A stretch of DNA of 64,000 nt, taken from NCBI RefSeq assembly GCF_963921235.1, contig NC_086097.1, positions 196,976,001-197,040,000 of the forward strand, given 5' to 3'. The notes beneath the pieces are model-generated. The model saw only the letters and a program-made list of their open reading frames with translations. It was not told where the DNA came from and did no database searches. Shown here in pieces: positions 23,640 to 35,919 of the stretch. A program made the translations under genes and the position numbers. Position 1 is the first letter of the stretch; every line of letters starts with the position of its first letter. The DNA comes from Mobula hypostoma. Lineage: Eukaryota.

Positions 23640-25820
23640 ATAAAGGGCCAAAAATGCAGATTTGATCATGAAAAAGAAGGAAATGTATGTCAGATATAGG
23701 AAATTCGTTTTGAACAAGTCCTCTTAAGGTTGAACGAGAATATAGGAATGAACTTAAGTTGGAAGGCCAAAAGGAACAGTAGGCAAGTAGAATGAAAGAA
23801 AACCCCAAAACCTTTTTTTATATTTAAAAAAAAGGCAAGAGGATAGCTTAGGATAGAGTAGGTCCCTTCGAGAGCCAAAGGATAATCAAAATGTGGAGCC
23901 GGGAGATCTGAGTGATGTCATAAAGATATCTTTCAAGAATCACTGGAGTCTGGAATGGTTCTAGAGGATTGGAAAATTACAAATGTCACTCCACTCTTGA
24001 AGAAGGCAGAGACGCCAGAAACAGTAAATTGTAGACCAGTTGGCTTGACTTCAGAGATTGATTCCATTATTAACTTGGTACTTGGAGGCTCTTGATAAAA
24101 TAGGCTGAATTTAGCAAGGTTTCCTTGAGGGAAAATCTTGCCTGACAAATCTGTTGGAATCCTTTGAGGAAATACCAAGAAAAATAGACAAAAGTGAGTC
24201 AGTGGATGCTGTGTTCTTGGATTTTTAGAAGGTCTTTGACATATTGCCTTTCATGAAGCTGCTAAACAAGACTAGATCCCATGATATTCCAGCAGGGGTC
24301 CCCAACCTTTTTTGCACTACGGACTGGTTTAATATTGACAATATTCTTGCGGACCGGGGGGTCGGGGGGGTAGGGTTGCCAACGGACAAGAGTAACAGTC
24401 AAATACGTTGTGATTACGCCGAGAAAGACTACCATGACCATGAAGCTTTGCGTGGGCACCTGTGTGCACATGCTTGTATGTGCCGATTTTTTTTTTCTCT
24501 ACAAATCGTTTTTGGCGATTCTGTTTGGGAGGCGGGTTTGTTAATCACGACCGGAATATAGGTGATAAGTGGCTAATACACTCAATTTCATTTCTAAAAG
24601 GGTTTATCTAACGAAGTTAATATTAAACACAGCGCATATTTTCATCGCATGAGTAGAGTGATTAGTCAATTATCAGGGGAGGACAAGGGAGCTTGAAGTA
24701 AGTGTTGAACGAACTTCCAGTAGAAGTGGTAGAGGCAGGTTCGATATTAATCATTTAAAGAAAAATTGGATAGGTATATGGACAGGAAAGGAATGGAGGG
24801 TTATGGGCTGAGTGCAGGTTGGTGGGACTAGGTGAGAGTAGCGTTCGGCACGGACTAGAATGGCAGAGATGGCCTGTTTCCGTGCTATAATTGTTATATG
24901 TTTATATAAGTCACTTACAAGTCAATAGCATCATAACATTTTAAGTAATGTTTGGATATTAAACACATAGCACATATTTTCCCCATATGAACATATAAAA
25001 TCATTGCAACATACCAATATCGCTGAATCAGTGGGAGCCCTGGGCTGAATACTTGCTCCCTGCAACAAGACAGTCCCATTGGGGGGTGGCGGAAGACAGC
25101 GATACTTGAAGGGGGTTCCTTGTGTCCAGTCTATTCTGCAATTTAGTTTTCGTTGCATTCATTGAAGAGATATGATGTTGGAAATGGAAGCAATGTTTTC
25201 AGTGCTTTCGTGGCTATCTCAGGATATTTAGCCTTGACTTTGATCTGGAATACCGGCAGAGATGTTACGTCAAACATACTTTTCAGCCCGTGCTCGAGGA
25301 GTTGATCTCCTTCCCGCGCTGACATGGATGACGCGCGGGTAATGACCTCGCGTGCGTAATGGCTCGACAGGGAATGAGGAAAGGTTTCTTCGCGGCCCGG
25401 TAGCACATGCTTCGTGGCCCGGTGGTTGGGAACCGCTATATTACAGGAAAGACACTAGCGTTGATAGAAGATTAGCTGACTGGCAGGAAGAAAAGAGTGG
25501 AAATAAAAGTGGTATTTTCTGGTTGGTTGCCGGTGACTAGTGGTGTTCTGCAGGGGTCGGAGTTGGGTCTGGTACTTTTCACGTTATATGTCAATGATCT
25601 GGATGATGGCTTTGTGGCCAAGTTTGTGAATGATACCAAGGTAGGAGAGCAGGTAATGTGAGGAAGCAGAGAATCTGCAGAAGGTCTTGGGCAGATTAGG
25701 AGAATGGAGAAAGATGTGACAAGATGGAATATAATGCAGGGACGTGTATGGTCTTGCACTATGGTAGAAGGAATAAAGCCACAGACGATTTCCAAAATGG
25801 GAAGGTAATTCAGAATTAAT
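23640..25820 (+). mobile_element. Degraded CR1 fragments interrupted by a hAT element
   Basis: RT-like DNA (ttgcctgacaaatctgttgga, ttggatttttagaagg) resumes after 25446. Confidence 0.75.
24293..25438 (-). mobile_element. hAT (Charlie-like) non-autonomous DNA transposon with transposase C-terminal remnant
   Basis: Terminal inverted repeats CAGGGGTCCCCAACC / GGTTGGGAACCGCTA; 8-bp TSD TATTCCAG/TATTACAG; KYPEIATKALKTLLPFPTSYL (hAT dimerisation domain) on the - strand; carries a CR1 3' fragment at ~24700-24910. Confidence 0.88.
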
Positions 25821-25987
25821 TAATTCAGAATCCTATACTGATATTGCTGAGAGGTAAACATTAGAAGCTACAGATGAGAATCTTTTTCATTGCATGTAAT
25901 CTCATAGCAACCCTTTAGTTAATACATTACTGTATTTGGGAATCTATGTGGTAGCTCTTTACCTATATGCTGTACCAGTATGCCTAG

Positions 25988-26164
<177 letters not shown>

Positions 26165-27344
26165 TAAGTACAAAAAGCAGGAAGTAGATTAAAATATTTA
26201 GGTGTGCTCAATAATAATTCCATTTTCAAAATATGTGATTCAGTATTTACTCAGAGTCAGAGAGAATAGAACTGAGGCAAGAGTTAGTGAGGTCGTGAAG
26301 CTTAGCTGGATTATGGATGATGAGGTGCCGCTGGCTGTTAAGGCAAATTAGAGTGAATAAATTGCCGAGGCCTAACAAGTTGTCAGTTGGACCTGTGGGA
26401 GGCTAGTGCAGAAATTGCAGGGATCCTGGCAGAGATACTGTATTTAAACTGTCCTTAGCAATGGGTGAAGTGCCGGATGACTGGTAGCTAATGTTGTTCT
26501 GTTGTTCAGAAAGGGTCTGAGAATAAGCCAAGAAATTATAGGCTGGTGAACCTGATGTCAGTTGTGGGTAAATTATTGGACCGTATTCTAAGGGACTGGA
26601 TATATAAGTATTTGGTTAGACAGGATCTGATTTGGAATAATCAATATGGCTCTCTACATGGTAGACCATATTAAACCAATCGTAGTTTTTCGAGGAAGTT
26701 ACCAAGATTGATGAAGGAAAGCAGTGGACATTGTTTACATGAAGCTTTACATGGGCCTTTGACAAATCCCACATGGGAGTCTGGTCCGGAAGGTTAAATC
26801 ACTTGCCATTCAGGATGACATAGCGGGAGAAGCAAGAGAGCAGTAGAGGATGGGTTATTTCTGATTAGAGGCTTGTACCTAATAGTGTGCTACAGGGATC
26901 AGTGCTAGGTTGTTGTTTTTCATCTATATTAAGGATTTAGATGATAAAGTAGTAAACTGGTTCAACAGATTTGTTGACACCAGGTTTGAATGCATAGTGG
27001 GACGGGGAGGAATGCTATCACAGCTTGCAGTATTATCTTGACCAGCTGGGAAAATGGGTTGAAAAATGAAGGATAGTGTGAGGTATTGCACTTTGGGAGG
27101 TCAAACCAGGGTAAGAGTAACACAGGCTTGAAGTGTGTGGTAGAATAAAAGGACCTGGAAACACATCCGTAATTCCTTGAAAGTGGCATCATGGGTAGAT
27201 AAGATTTTGCACATTGGCCTTCATAATTTGGGGTATAGAGTACAAGAGTTGGAATGTTACGTTGAAGTTTTACAAGATGGTGAGGCTGACTCTAAGTATT
27301 GTGTGCAGCTCTGGTCACCTTCCTACAAGATAGATACCAATAAC

Positions 27345-27503
27345 AATACACACAACATGCTGGAGGAACTCAGCAGATCGGGCAGCATACGTGGAAACGA
27401 ACAGTCAGCGTTTCCACGGATACTGTCCGACCTGCTGAGTTCCTCCAGCGTGTTGTGCATGTTGCTTTGACCCCAGCATCTGCAGAGTATTTTGTGTTTG
27501 AGG
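27345..27503. mobile_element. Fold-back Penelope-derived short element
   Basis: 14-bp TSD TAGATACCAATAAC (27331-27344, 27504-27517); inverted arms. Confidence 0.8.
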
Positions 27504-27833
27504 TAGATACCAATAACCTTGAAAGAATGTAGAAAATCTTTACAAGGATGTTGCTGGGACTTGAGGGAAAGAGAAAGATTGAACAGATTAGGACTTAGTT
27601 CCCTGGAGCGCATGAGGATGAGGGGAGATCTTATAGAGATACACGTTAACAAAATTATGAGGGGTATAGACAGGGTGAACACATGCAGGCCCTTTCCCCT
27701 CAGGTTAGATTTGGACTCGAACCAGAGGTCATAGGTTTAGGGTGAAAGGTGAAATATTTAAGGGATATCTGAGGGGAAACTTTTCACTCAGAAGGTGGTA
27801 CAAGTGTGGAATGAGCTGTCAGTGAAAATGGTA

Positions 27834-28045
27834 ACAAACAACAGGAATTCTGCAGATGCTGGAAATTCAAGCAACACACATCAAAGTTGCTGGTGAACGC
27901 AGCAGGCCAGGCAGCATCTGTAGGAAGAGGTGCAGTCGGCGTTTCAGGCCGAGACCCTGGGGTCTCAGCCTGAAACGCCGACTGCACCTCTTCCTACAGA
28001 TGCTGCCTGGCCTGCTGTGTTCACCAGCAACTTTGATGTGTGTTG
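27834..28045. mobile_element. Fold-back Penelope-derived element with 86-bp arms
   Basis: Arms 27872-27957 and 27960-28045 with 2 mismatches; 13-bp TSD AGTG(A/G)AAATGGTA (27821-27833, 28046-28058). Confidence 0.88.
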
Positions 28046-29239
28046 AGTGGAAATGGTAGATGTGTTCAGTTGGAATATTTAAGCAAAGTTTGGATGGGTA
28101 CATGGATGGAAGGGGTTTGGAGGGGTATGGGCTAGGTGTGAATAGGTGGGACTAGATCAGGTCTAAAGCATCTGCTTCGGTGCTGTAGTACTTTGACTGC
28201 AATGTTTACATACAGTAATGTATTAACTAAGAGTTGCTAAAGAAACTTTAAATAGGATTAATGTCAGTTCTCATTTTGCATTTCCTCAAGACACCATGTT
28301 AATCAAGAGATCAATGAATATGATTAACTGTGTTGATCAAAGATTGTTTGTTGTTTTGTATAGGATTATTAGTGCTTAAGTGGTTTCCTGCAAGATTGGA
28401 TATTTTTTGATTGCTCTTGTGGGTGTTGTTGCTGCATGTTAACATGGATTTCAGATTCCATATTCTCAAATACAGAATTAGCCAAGATAAAAGAAGAAAG
28501 GTTACAGCTCATAAAAAAAAAGTGAGGAAAGAAATGCTTTGGATATATTATGAAGTCATGAGTTTCAAATTTGTATTTCACCGTACAGTTTAAAAACCCT
28601 GATAATTGGAGACCGAATTATGTTGAGTATTATTACAATTTGAATTTTCATCTGTTGCACTTCTAATTTTAATCTTTTTTTCACTTTGATATTGTTGGCA
28701 ATGCTAGCAGTAATTTCCCTTTCTTTATTGCCTTTGAGAAAATGGTGTTGAGTCACTTACAGCTGGGGTAGCTTGCTAGGTCATATCAGAGGGCACTTGA
28801 GAGTCAACCACGTGGGTTGTGTTTGGAGTAACGTGAACAGATCAGGTCAGTGAGCAGAATTACTTCTTTGAAAGATATCAGTTTTAAAATTCCAGTTCTT
28901 GTCAACGTTACTGTAACTGGTGGGGGTGAGGGTTGTATTTTTCTGAATTCCAGCTTATTAATGAATTTAAGATGCAAAGCTTCTGTGATCGGATATGAAT
29001 CAGGTTTTCTGGATTGTTGGTCCAGGCTTCCAGATGACTAATTTCCAGTGACATGCAAATCCCGCTTGCAAATGGAGGTATAATTTAAATGCTGTGCAAA
29101 GAAAAATAAATTTGTCAAGTAGTTTATAGTTACAAAAATATAAGTGGAATTAGAACGTGAGAACAGCAAAAGAATAATTTTTGCTTTGTGATAATCATCA
29201 TGGGGAAGTACATCTGCCTGATTTTTTTTTTTTGCAATA

Positions 29240-29620
29240 TTTCTGAGGATTTGAGCATAAGTATAGACATAAATGTCTTGTTCCAGTTATATAGGGCCTG
29301 ATGAGACTACATGCAGAATATTGTGTACTGGTCTGTTATGCGTCCCAAAGGAAAGATACATTTGTAATTGAAGAGATACCATAAAGATTTTCTGTGAAGG
29401 TTAATTTTTGGGTAAGCGGGTTTATTGTGTGAGGATAGAATAACATTCTAGCGCTATATCTGTGAATTTAGAAGAATGGGATGTGAAATATACAAAATTC
29501 TTTCAGAGTTCAACAAGGTTGATGCAGAGAAGATTTTTCCTTCAGGTGGGTTGCCTAGAGCTAGTGGTCACTGAGTCAGAATAGGGGTTAGCTGTTCAGA
29601 TCTGAAATAAGAAATTTCTT
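29240..29620 (+). mobile_element. Highly degraded CR1 3' fragment abutting the exon 6 acceptor
   Basis: gaatattgtgtac, gaatttagaagaatg, gatgcagagaagatttttcc, gagtcagaataggg, agaaatttctt occur in the same order as in other CR1 3' ends here. Confidence 0.65.
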
Positions 29621-29631
29621 TGCCTTTTCAG

Positions 29632-29690
29632 ATATAAAGGTGCTTTGAGAACTTCGGTGGCAATGACTCCACCACAGTATATAACAGCAG
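29632..29690 (+). CDS. USP14: USP14 exon 6
   Basis: ttttcag|A YKGALRTSVAMTPPQYITA(A)|gtaggt; 59 nt; phase-compatible with exons 5 and 7. Confidence 0.93.
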
Positions 29691-30142
29691 GTAGGTGAAG
29701 TAGTTTTTATTCATTTGTATTCCTATAATCTATTGTATCTTTGGTTTAACTGCCTTTTTACCCTTAAGAGTTCAGAGAAATTTAGTTGTATCTGTTTAGA
29801 GTTTTAACTTGGGAGAATGTATAATAGGTGAATGTTTGCCCCCATGTCATCTATGCACCTCCCTTAAAGAAAGGCTTTCACAAATCTTGAGGCCTTTTTT
29901 TTTACAGAAAAGACCTTCTGGTCCAAGTTCCAGCCGTACTTCCCAGTGCTGCCAGCAGTACTATTTCTTCTCTCAACTAATCTGCTGTGAAATGATTAAG
30001 AAACTAACTAAAAAGTACGAGAACATTGGAAAGTACATGTCCACCCCAGCCCCTTCAAATCTGTCCCATCAGGTTTAATTGCACTATCATCAAATATCCT
30101 TAAATAGAAAGAAAAATGATGAAATGTGTCCATTTATTTCAG

Positions 30143-30273
30143 CTTTTCGAGACTTATTTGAGTCAATGGATAAAACATCCTCTAGTATTCCACCTATAAT
30201 TCTACTGCAGTTCCTTCACATGGCATTCCCCCAGTTTGCAGAGAAAGGGGAGCAAGGCCAGTATCTTCAGCAG
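30143..30273 (+). CDS. USP14: USP14 exon 7
   Basis: tttcag|(A)FRDLFESMDKTSSSIPPIILLQFLHMAFPQFAEKGEQGQYLQQ|gtaagt; 131 nt. Confidence 0.98.
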
Positions 30274-30324
30274 GTAAGTTAAGTAAAGCAGCAATTTCAA
30301 ATATTTTCCACTTGAATTCTTTTG

Positions 30325-30422
30325 AGTCCTGAAGAAGGGTCTTGGACAGAAACATTGAATATCTTCATTTTCACAGATGCTATGTGACCTGCTGAGTTCT
30401 CCAGCACTGTGTGTGTTGCTTT
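30325..30422 (+). mobile_element. Penelope-derived fragment with decayed hammerhead motif
   Basis: agtcctgaagaagggtcttggacagaaacattgaat...gatgctatgtgacctgctgagttc. Confidence 0.7.
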
Positions 30423-31162
30423 CAATTACCTTATTTATTACCCATCAATAATTTCCTGTTGCTTTGAATTACTCCAGTCTGTTGTGATGGGATTACCAAG
30501 ATGTTGTCAGATAGGGAGCTTTGGCACTTTAAACCAGTGATGTAATTCCAGATAAGTATAGGTGTTGATATTGCCATCCCTTTGCAGTTTTTGACCTTGT
30601 GTTGGCAGAGGTTGTATTTAGCGGAATACAACTTAGGTTCAGGAGATATAATTGAAGAAGTGTTGAGCTGTAGCAGTGTATTTTGAAGATTGCATAAGCT
30701 ACTCTATGCTCTTATTATTGTGGAAGGATCGGATATTTGGGATGAAGGGTGGAATGCCATTCTGAATGTTATGGGGTTCTTTGTGCTGCATTCACCTGCA
30801 TATTTCTGATTTCTACTTAAAAGAGAAAAGGCTTTAGGAAATCGATTCATCCACAATATTTAGGTAACTCATTCAGTTGAATACTATTTGGGATATTGTT
30901 GTGGGGTCAGAACAGGTAATGCTTTTTGAAAATCAGAAGGTAGTAGTTATATCCTGCTAGAAATATTCATTGCCTGACGTGTGGCACAAATATCCTTCAT
31001 CATGTTTCTATAGTGTTGCTGCATGGTGGTTTAGTTTTTTTCTATAAACCTTTCTCCACCATCAGCACACCTGTGTATGCAAGTGATCTTCACACTGATG
31101 GTAAATGAGTAGCTATTGGTGATTAAATTGTTTTTCAGTTGTATAATAAGAATCTATATTAA

Positions 31163-31425
31163 GGTGCCACGCTAGCATAGCAACTAGCGCGACAGTATTA
31201 CAGCTCAAGGTGTTGGACTCTGGAGTTTAATTCCGGCATCCTCTGTAAGAAGTCTGTCCTTCCCGTGAACACATGCGTTTCCTGACATTGTCCCGTGACA
31301 TATGGTTAGTAGGTTAATTAGTCATTGTAAGTTGTCTGTGTGATTGAGTTGGGGTTAAATAGGTGGGGGTGCTGGGTGGTGTGGCTCATTGGGCTGAAGT
31401 GGTTTCTCTCAATAAATATATAAAT
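31163..31425 (+). mobile_element. tRNA-derived V-SINE/HE1-like SINE
   Basis: A-box-like tagcatagcaac, B-box-like gagtttaattcc, body ggttaattagtcattgtaagttgtc shared with the 34040 copy. Confidence 0.65.
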
Positions 31426-31751
31426 ATAATCCTCTCATTGGGAGGTCATCATTTGATTGAATTTATCCTGCTTCTCACAGTTCTTCTGATGCCTTTGATT
31501 GATCATGGTCCTTCATTTGGGTCCTACAGTAGTACTAGTGATGTTTGGTTAAAGGGGTTCTATGTCATGTTTACATGCTGCCACCACCACCTGCAGCTGC
31601 AGTGCCTTGCTTTAATCAGTTTGTATATGACTGCTGAGTTCTGTCTATTAAATCCTGCATTTGCAGTTTAACATCCCTGTAAACGAACGTTATAGCCTTA
31701 CCTGGTTAATTAATACCCTGAGTGTCAATGGTGTTTAAGGCAGAATCTTAT

Positions 31752-33710
31752 ACATAGAAACACAGAAAACATACAGCACAATACACGTCTTTCGGCACAC
31801 AATGCTGTGCCGAATATGTATGTACTTTAGAAATTACCTAGGGTTACCCACAGCCATCTATTTTCCTAAGCTCCATGTACCTGTCCAGGAGTCTCTTAAG
31901 AGACCCTATCGTATCCGCCTCCACCACTGTCACTGACAGCCCATTCCACGCACTCCCACTCTCTGCGTTTTCTTGTAAAAAAACAACAACTTACCCTTGA
32001 CATCTCCTCTGTACCTACTCCCAAGCACCTTAAAACTGTGCCCTCTCATGCTAGCCATTTCAGCCCTGGGAAAAAGCCTCTGACGATCCACATAATCAAT
32101 GCCTCTCATCATATACACCTCTTTCAGGTCACCTCTCATCCTCCACCGCTCCAAGGAGAAAAGGCCGAGTTCATTCAACCTATTCTCAGAAGGCATGCTC
32201 CCCAATCCGGGCAACATCCTTGTAAATATCCTCTGCACCCTTTCTATAGTTTCCACGTCCTTCCTGTAGTGAGGTGACCAGAACTGAGCACAGTGGGGTC
32301 CGACCAGAGTCCTATATAGCTGTAACGTTACCTCTCGGCTCTTAAACTCAATCCCACGGTTGATGAAGGCCAATGTACCATATGCCTTCTTAACCACAGA
32401 GTCAACCTGCGCAGCAGCTTTGAGTGTCCTGTGGACTTGGACCCCAAAATCCCTCTGATCCTTCACACGATCAAGAGTCTTATCATTAATACTATATTCT
32501 GCCAACAAAATTTGACCTACCAAAATGAACCAGCTCTCACTTATCTGGGTTGAACTCCATCTGCCACTTCTCAGCCCAGTTTTGCATGTCATCAATATCC
32601 CGCTGTAATCTCTGACGGCCCTCCACACTATCCACAACTCCCCCAACCTTTGTGTCATCAGGAAATTTACTAACCCATCCCTCCACTTCCTCATCCAGGT
32701 CATTTATAAAAATCACGAAGAGAAGGGATCCAAGAACAGATTCCTGAAGCACACCACTGGTCACCAACCTCCATGCAGAATATGATCCATCTGCAACCAC
32801 ACTTTGCCTTCTGTGGGCAAGCCAATTCTGGATCCACAAAGCAAGGTCCCCTTGGATCCCATGCCTCCTTACTTTCTCAATAAGCCTTGCATGGGGCGTC
32901 TTATCAAATGCCTTGCTGAAATCCATGTACGCTACATCTTCTGCTCTACCTTCATCAATGTGTTCAGTCACATCCTCAGAAAATTTAATCAGGCTCAGAA
33001 GGCAAAACCTGCCTTTGACAAAACCATGCTGAGTATTTCTAATCATATTATGCCTCTCCAAATGTTCATATATTCTGCCTTTCAGGATCTTTTCCACCAA
33101 CTTACCAACCACTGAGGTAAGACGACTCACTGGTCTATAATTTCCTGGGCTATCTCTGCTCCCTTTCTTGAATAAGGGAACAACATCTGCAACCCTCCTT
33201 TTCTGCAGCCATGACACTATCTCTGATCAGCAGTGCCACACCCCCACCTCTTTTGCCTGCCTCCCTCCCTGTCCCTTCTGAAACATCTGAAGCCTGCTAC
33301 TCTAAGTAACCATTTCATTAGAGATCTTTGTAAATGGCCACAACATCATAGCTCCAAGTACTGAATCACACTCTAAGCTCACCTGCTGTGTTCATGATGC
33401 TTCTTGCATTAAAGCAGACACATCTCAAATCATCGGTTTGAGTGTATCCCTTCTCTGTCACCTGCCTATCTTCCCTGTCTCACTGTCTCCAAGCTTTCTC
33501 TATTTGTGAGCCAACAGCCGCTTCCTCTGTCTCTTCAGTTCAGTTCCCACCCCCCCCCCAAACCTAATCTGAACTCTCCCCTAGGGTTTGCCTTAGCAAA
33601 CCTTCCTGCCAGGATGTCGGTCCCCCTCAGATTCAAGTGCAACCCATTCTTTTTGTACAGGTCACGCCTGGCCAAAAGAGGTCCCAATGATCCAGAAATC
33701 TAAATCCCTG
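31752..33710 (-). mobile_element. CR1 LINE, internally deleted (ORF1 end + RT + 3' tail)
   Basis: ORFs 32537-33217 and 31930-32703 carry RT motifs; tail catagaaacacagaaaacat near 31752. Confidence 0.9.
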
Positions 33711-34039
33711 TATGTTTTGTTTGATCATCAAAGCACCAATTATCTTTCCCCATCCTTCCTTGAAAAGATTTGTACTTTTTAGTATTGGTGATAAAACTGA
33801 GCTTTAAATAAATTTTAAATTGTGGAATTAGACTTTAATTTTATTAGAAGATTGCATTCGCTGATTGTTTTTCCTAATTATTTTCCAGGTGAATGTAATT
33901 TAAAATAACAGATGGAATATTTGTCCAAATCGATCTCCTTCCCTCCTTTTCAGTCACAGTGATATTAAGCTTATTCCATCAAACGTTTTCCATTTAGAAA
34001 ATGAGCCAGTGTCTCTTTTTCACCTGAAATGGATATCAG

Positions 34040-34268
34040 AGCTTTAGAGTTCAATTCTATGAGGAGTTTCTATGTTCTCCCTGTGACTGCATAGGTTTCC
34101 TCTGGGTTTTCCTGTTTCCTCCCCCAGTCAAAAGATGTACTGGGTTATAGGTTAATCGGTCATTGTAAGTTGTCCTGTGATTAGGCCAGTGTTAAATGGG
34201 TGGGTTTGCTGGGAGGTACAGCTCTTTGGGTTAGAAAAGCCTGTCCTATGCTATTATCTCTAAATAGA
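34040..34268 (+). mobile_element. V-SINE/HE1-like SINE
   Basis: ggagtttctatgttctccctgtgactgcataggtttcctctgggt...tttcctccc V-domain core. Confidence 0.7.
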
Positions 34269-34403
34269 TTTTAAAAATCTAAAATTCAGCAAGTTTGATT
34301 TAATAATATTTATCCCAGTATGCATTGTGGGCTTTGTCTAATTAATTCCTTTGTAAAAACAACTTGTTGGTTCTTCTGCAAATGCAAGAGTTTCTGCTGA
34401 TAA

Positions 34404-34540
34404 CCGGAAATTCAGAGCAACACACACAAAATGTTGGAGGAACTCAGTAGTGTCCTAGTGAAAGGTCTCATCCCAATATTTCCACTATTTATTCATTTCC
34501 ATAGATGCTGTCTAACCTGTTGAGTTTTTCCAGCATTTGT
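34404..34540. mobile_element. Degraded fold-back Penelope-derived element
   Basis: aaatgttggaggaactcag ... tgagtttttccagcattt, with a decayed hammerhead-like centre. Confidence 0.65.
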
Positions 34541-35023
34541 TCCCTTTTTTTTGATATCGATTTACCCATTCAAATTATTAAGCACAGATTGCTTATAGCA
34601 CCTGGAAATTTTACTGTAACAGAATAGATTAAGAAATCTGCATTAAAAACACATGAATTAATTAAAATATTTAATTTAAGGCAGTGACAAGTTATATCGA
34701 GCTTCCCAAGTTGACTCTTGCATCTTTGTTTATCTTTGCAGTTAAATATTAGGGACATTCAACTGCAATGTAAGCAGCTTCTCTTTGACGTTCTAATAAT
34801 TATATGAAAAAATATGGTACTTAGAACTTTAGTACCTCAGATGAACGATTTATTGGAAAATAAATCTGACTTGAGCTGGTTTGCTTTCAACAAATTACCA
34901 ATCAGGGTAATTTAGGAGTTCAAGATTGTCTATTTATTAAATGCATGAAAGTACAAAATAAAATGTTTTTGAAGATGTAAAGCCTGTGACATTTCTAATT
35001 GTCCATTTATGTATCCTTTCCAG

Positions 35024-35104
35024 GATGCTAATGAGTGTTGGGTACAGATCATGAGGGTGCTGCAACAGAAGCTTGACCCTTTGGAATCAGATGCACCATT
35101 GGAG
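35024..35104 (+). CDS. USP14: USP14 exon 8
   Basis: tttccag|DANECWVQIMRVLQQKLDPLESDAPLE|gtataa; 81 nt; completes the QQDANEC motif. Confidence 0.96.
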
Positions 35105-35385
35105 GTATAAGTGTAGTTAATATAGCTCACTTAATGTGATATTGTTGCAAATTCTCATAGCTAAGTTCGAGAAAGACTTTGATTAAAATTTGATATATGG
35201 ATCTCAAAATATTTGAATAATGCTACTTTTCTCTCTCACCTCTCATGAAGTTGTTATTTTTTTTGTTGTTGAAATTGTTCTATTATTGCATCATAGGTCT
35301 TTGACCAGTACAGTTGTGAACATGGTGAATGCAGGCAATATTTTACAATAGGGAATACAGTTGAATATGTATTTAACCAATGTCA

Positions 35386-35645
35386 ATAGGATGAGGAGAA
35401 ATTTTTTTAGCCAGAGGGTTATGGATTTATGGAATTCATTGCCACGTACAGCTGTGGAGGCCCGATCATTGAGGGTGTTTAAGGAGGAGATTGACAGGTA
35501 TCTAATTAGTCAGGGTATCAAGGGATATGGGGGACAAGGCCGGAAATTGGAACTAGATGGGAGAATAGTTTAGCTCATGGTGGAGTGGCAGAGCAGACTC
35601 TGGGCCGAATGGCCTACTTCTGCTCCTTTGTCTTGTGATCTTATG
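35386..35645 (+). mobile_element. CR1 3'-end fragment
   Basis: MRRNFFSQRVMDLWNSLP; 3' UTR ggccgaatggcctacttctgctcct. Confidence 0.85.
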
Positions 35646-35919
35646 TATTTCCAATAATAATTAGAAGTGATGATATTGGCTTCTCTCCCCCACCTCTGCC
35701 TTCTTCCCTCTCGTATTGGTATATTATAGCTTTATACAGCTTAAAACTAAACAGAATTAGGTTAGAGAAAAGTAACCCATAACCAGCCCACCTATTGTCA
35801 GGCCACTCAGCACAAACAAAGTAGCAGCTGGAAATTTTGACTACTTAACTAATCAGGCACATTTTGCACCATTGAGAGTCTGTAGATTCAAGTGATGTTT
35901 GGAACTTCTCTCAATTTAT

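Larger units (their letters stand above)
26385..28200 (+). mobile_element. Degraded CR1 RT/3' fragment with two fold-back insertions
   Basis: KYCVQLWSPSYK and LGLSSLERMRMRGDLIE pieces. Confidence 0.8.
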
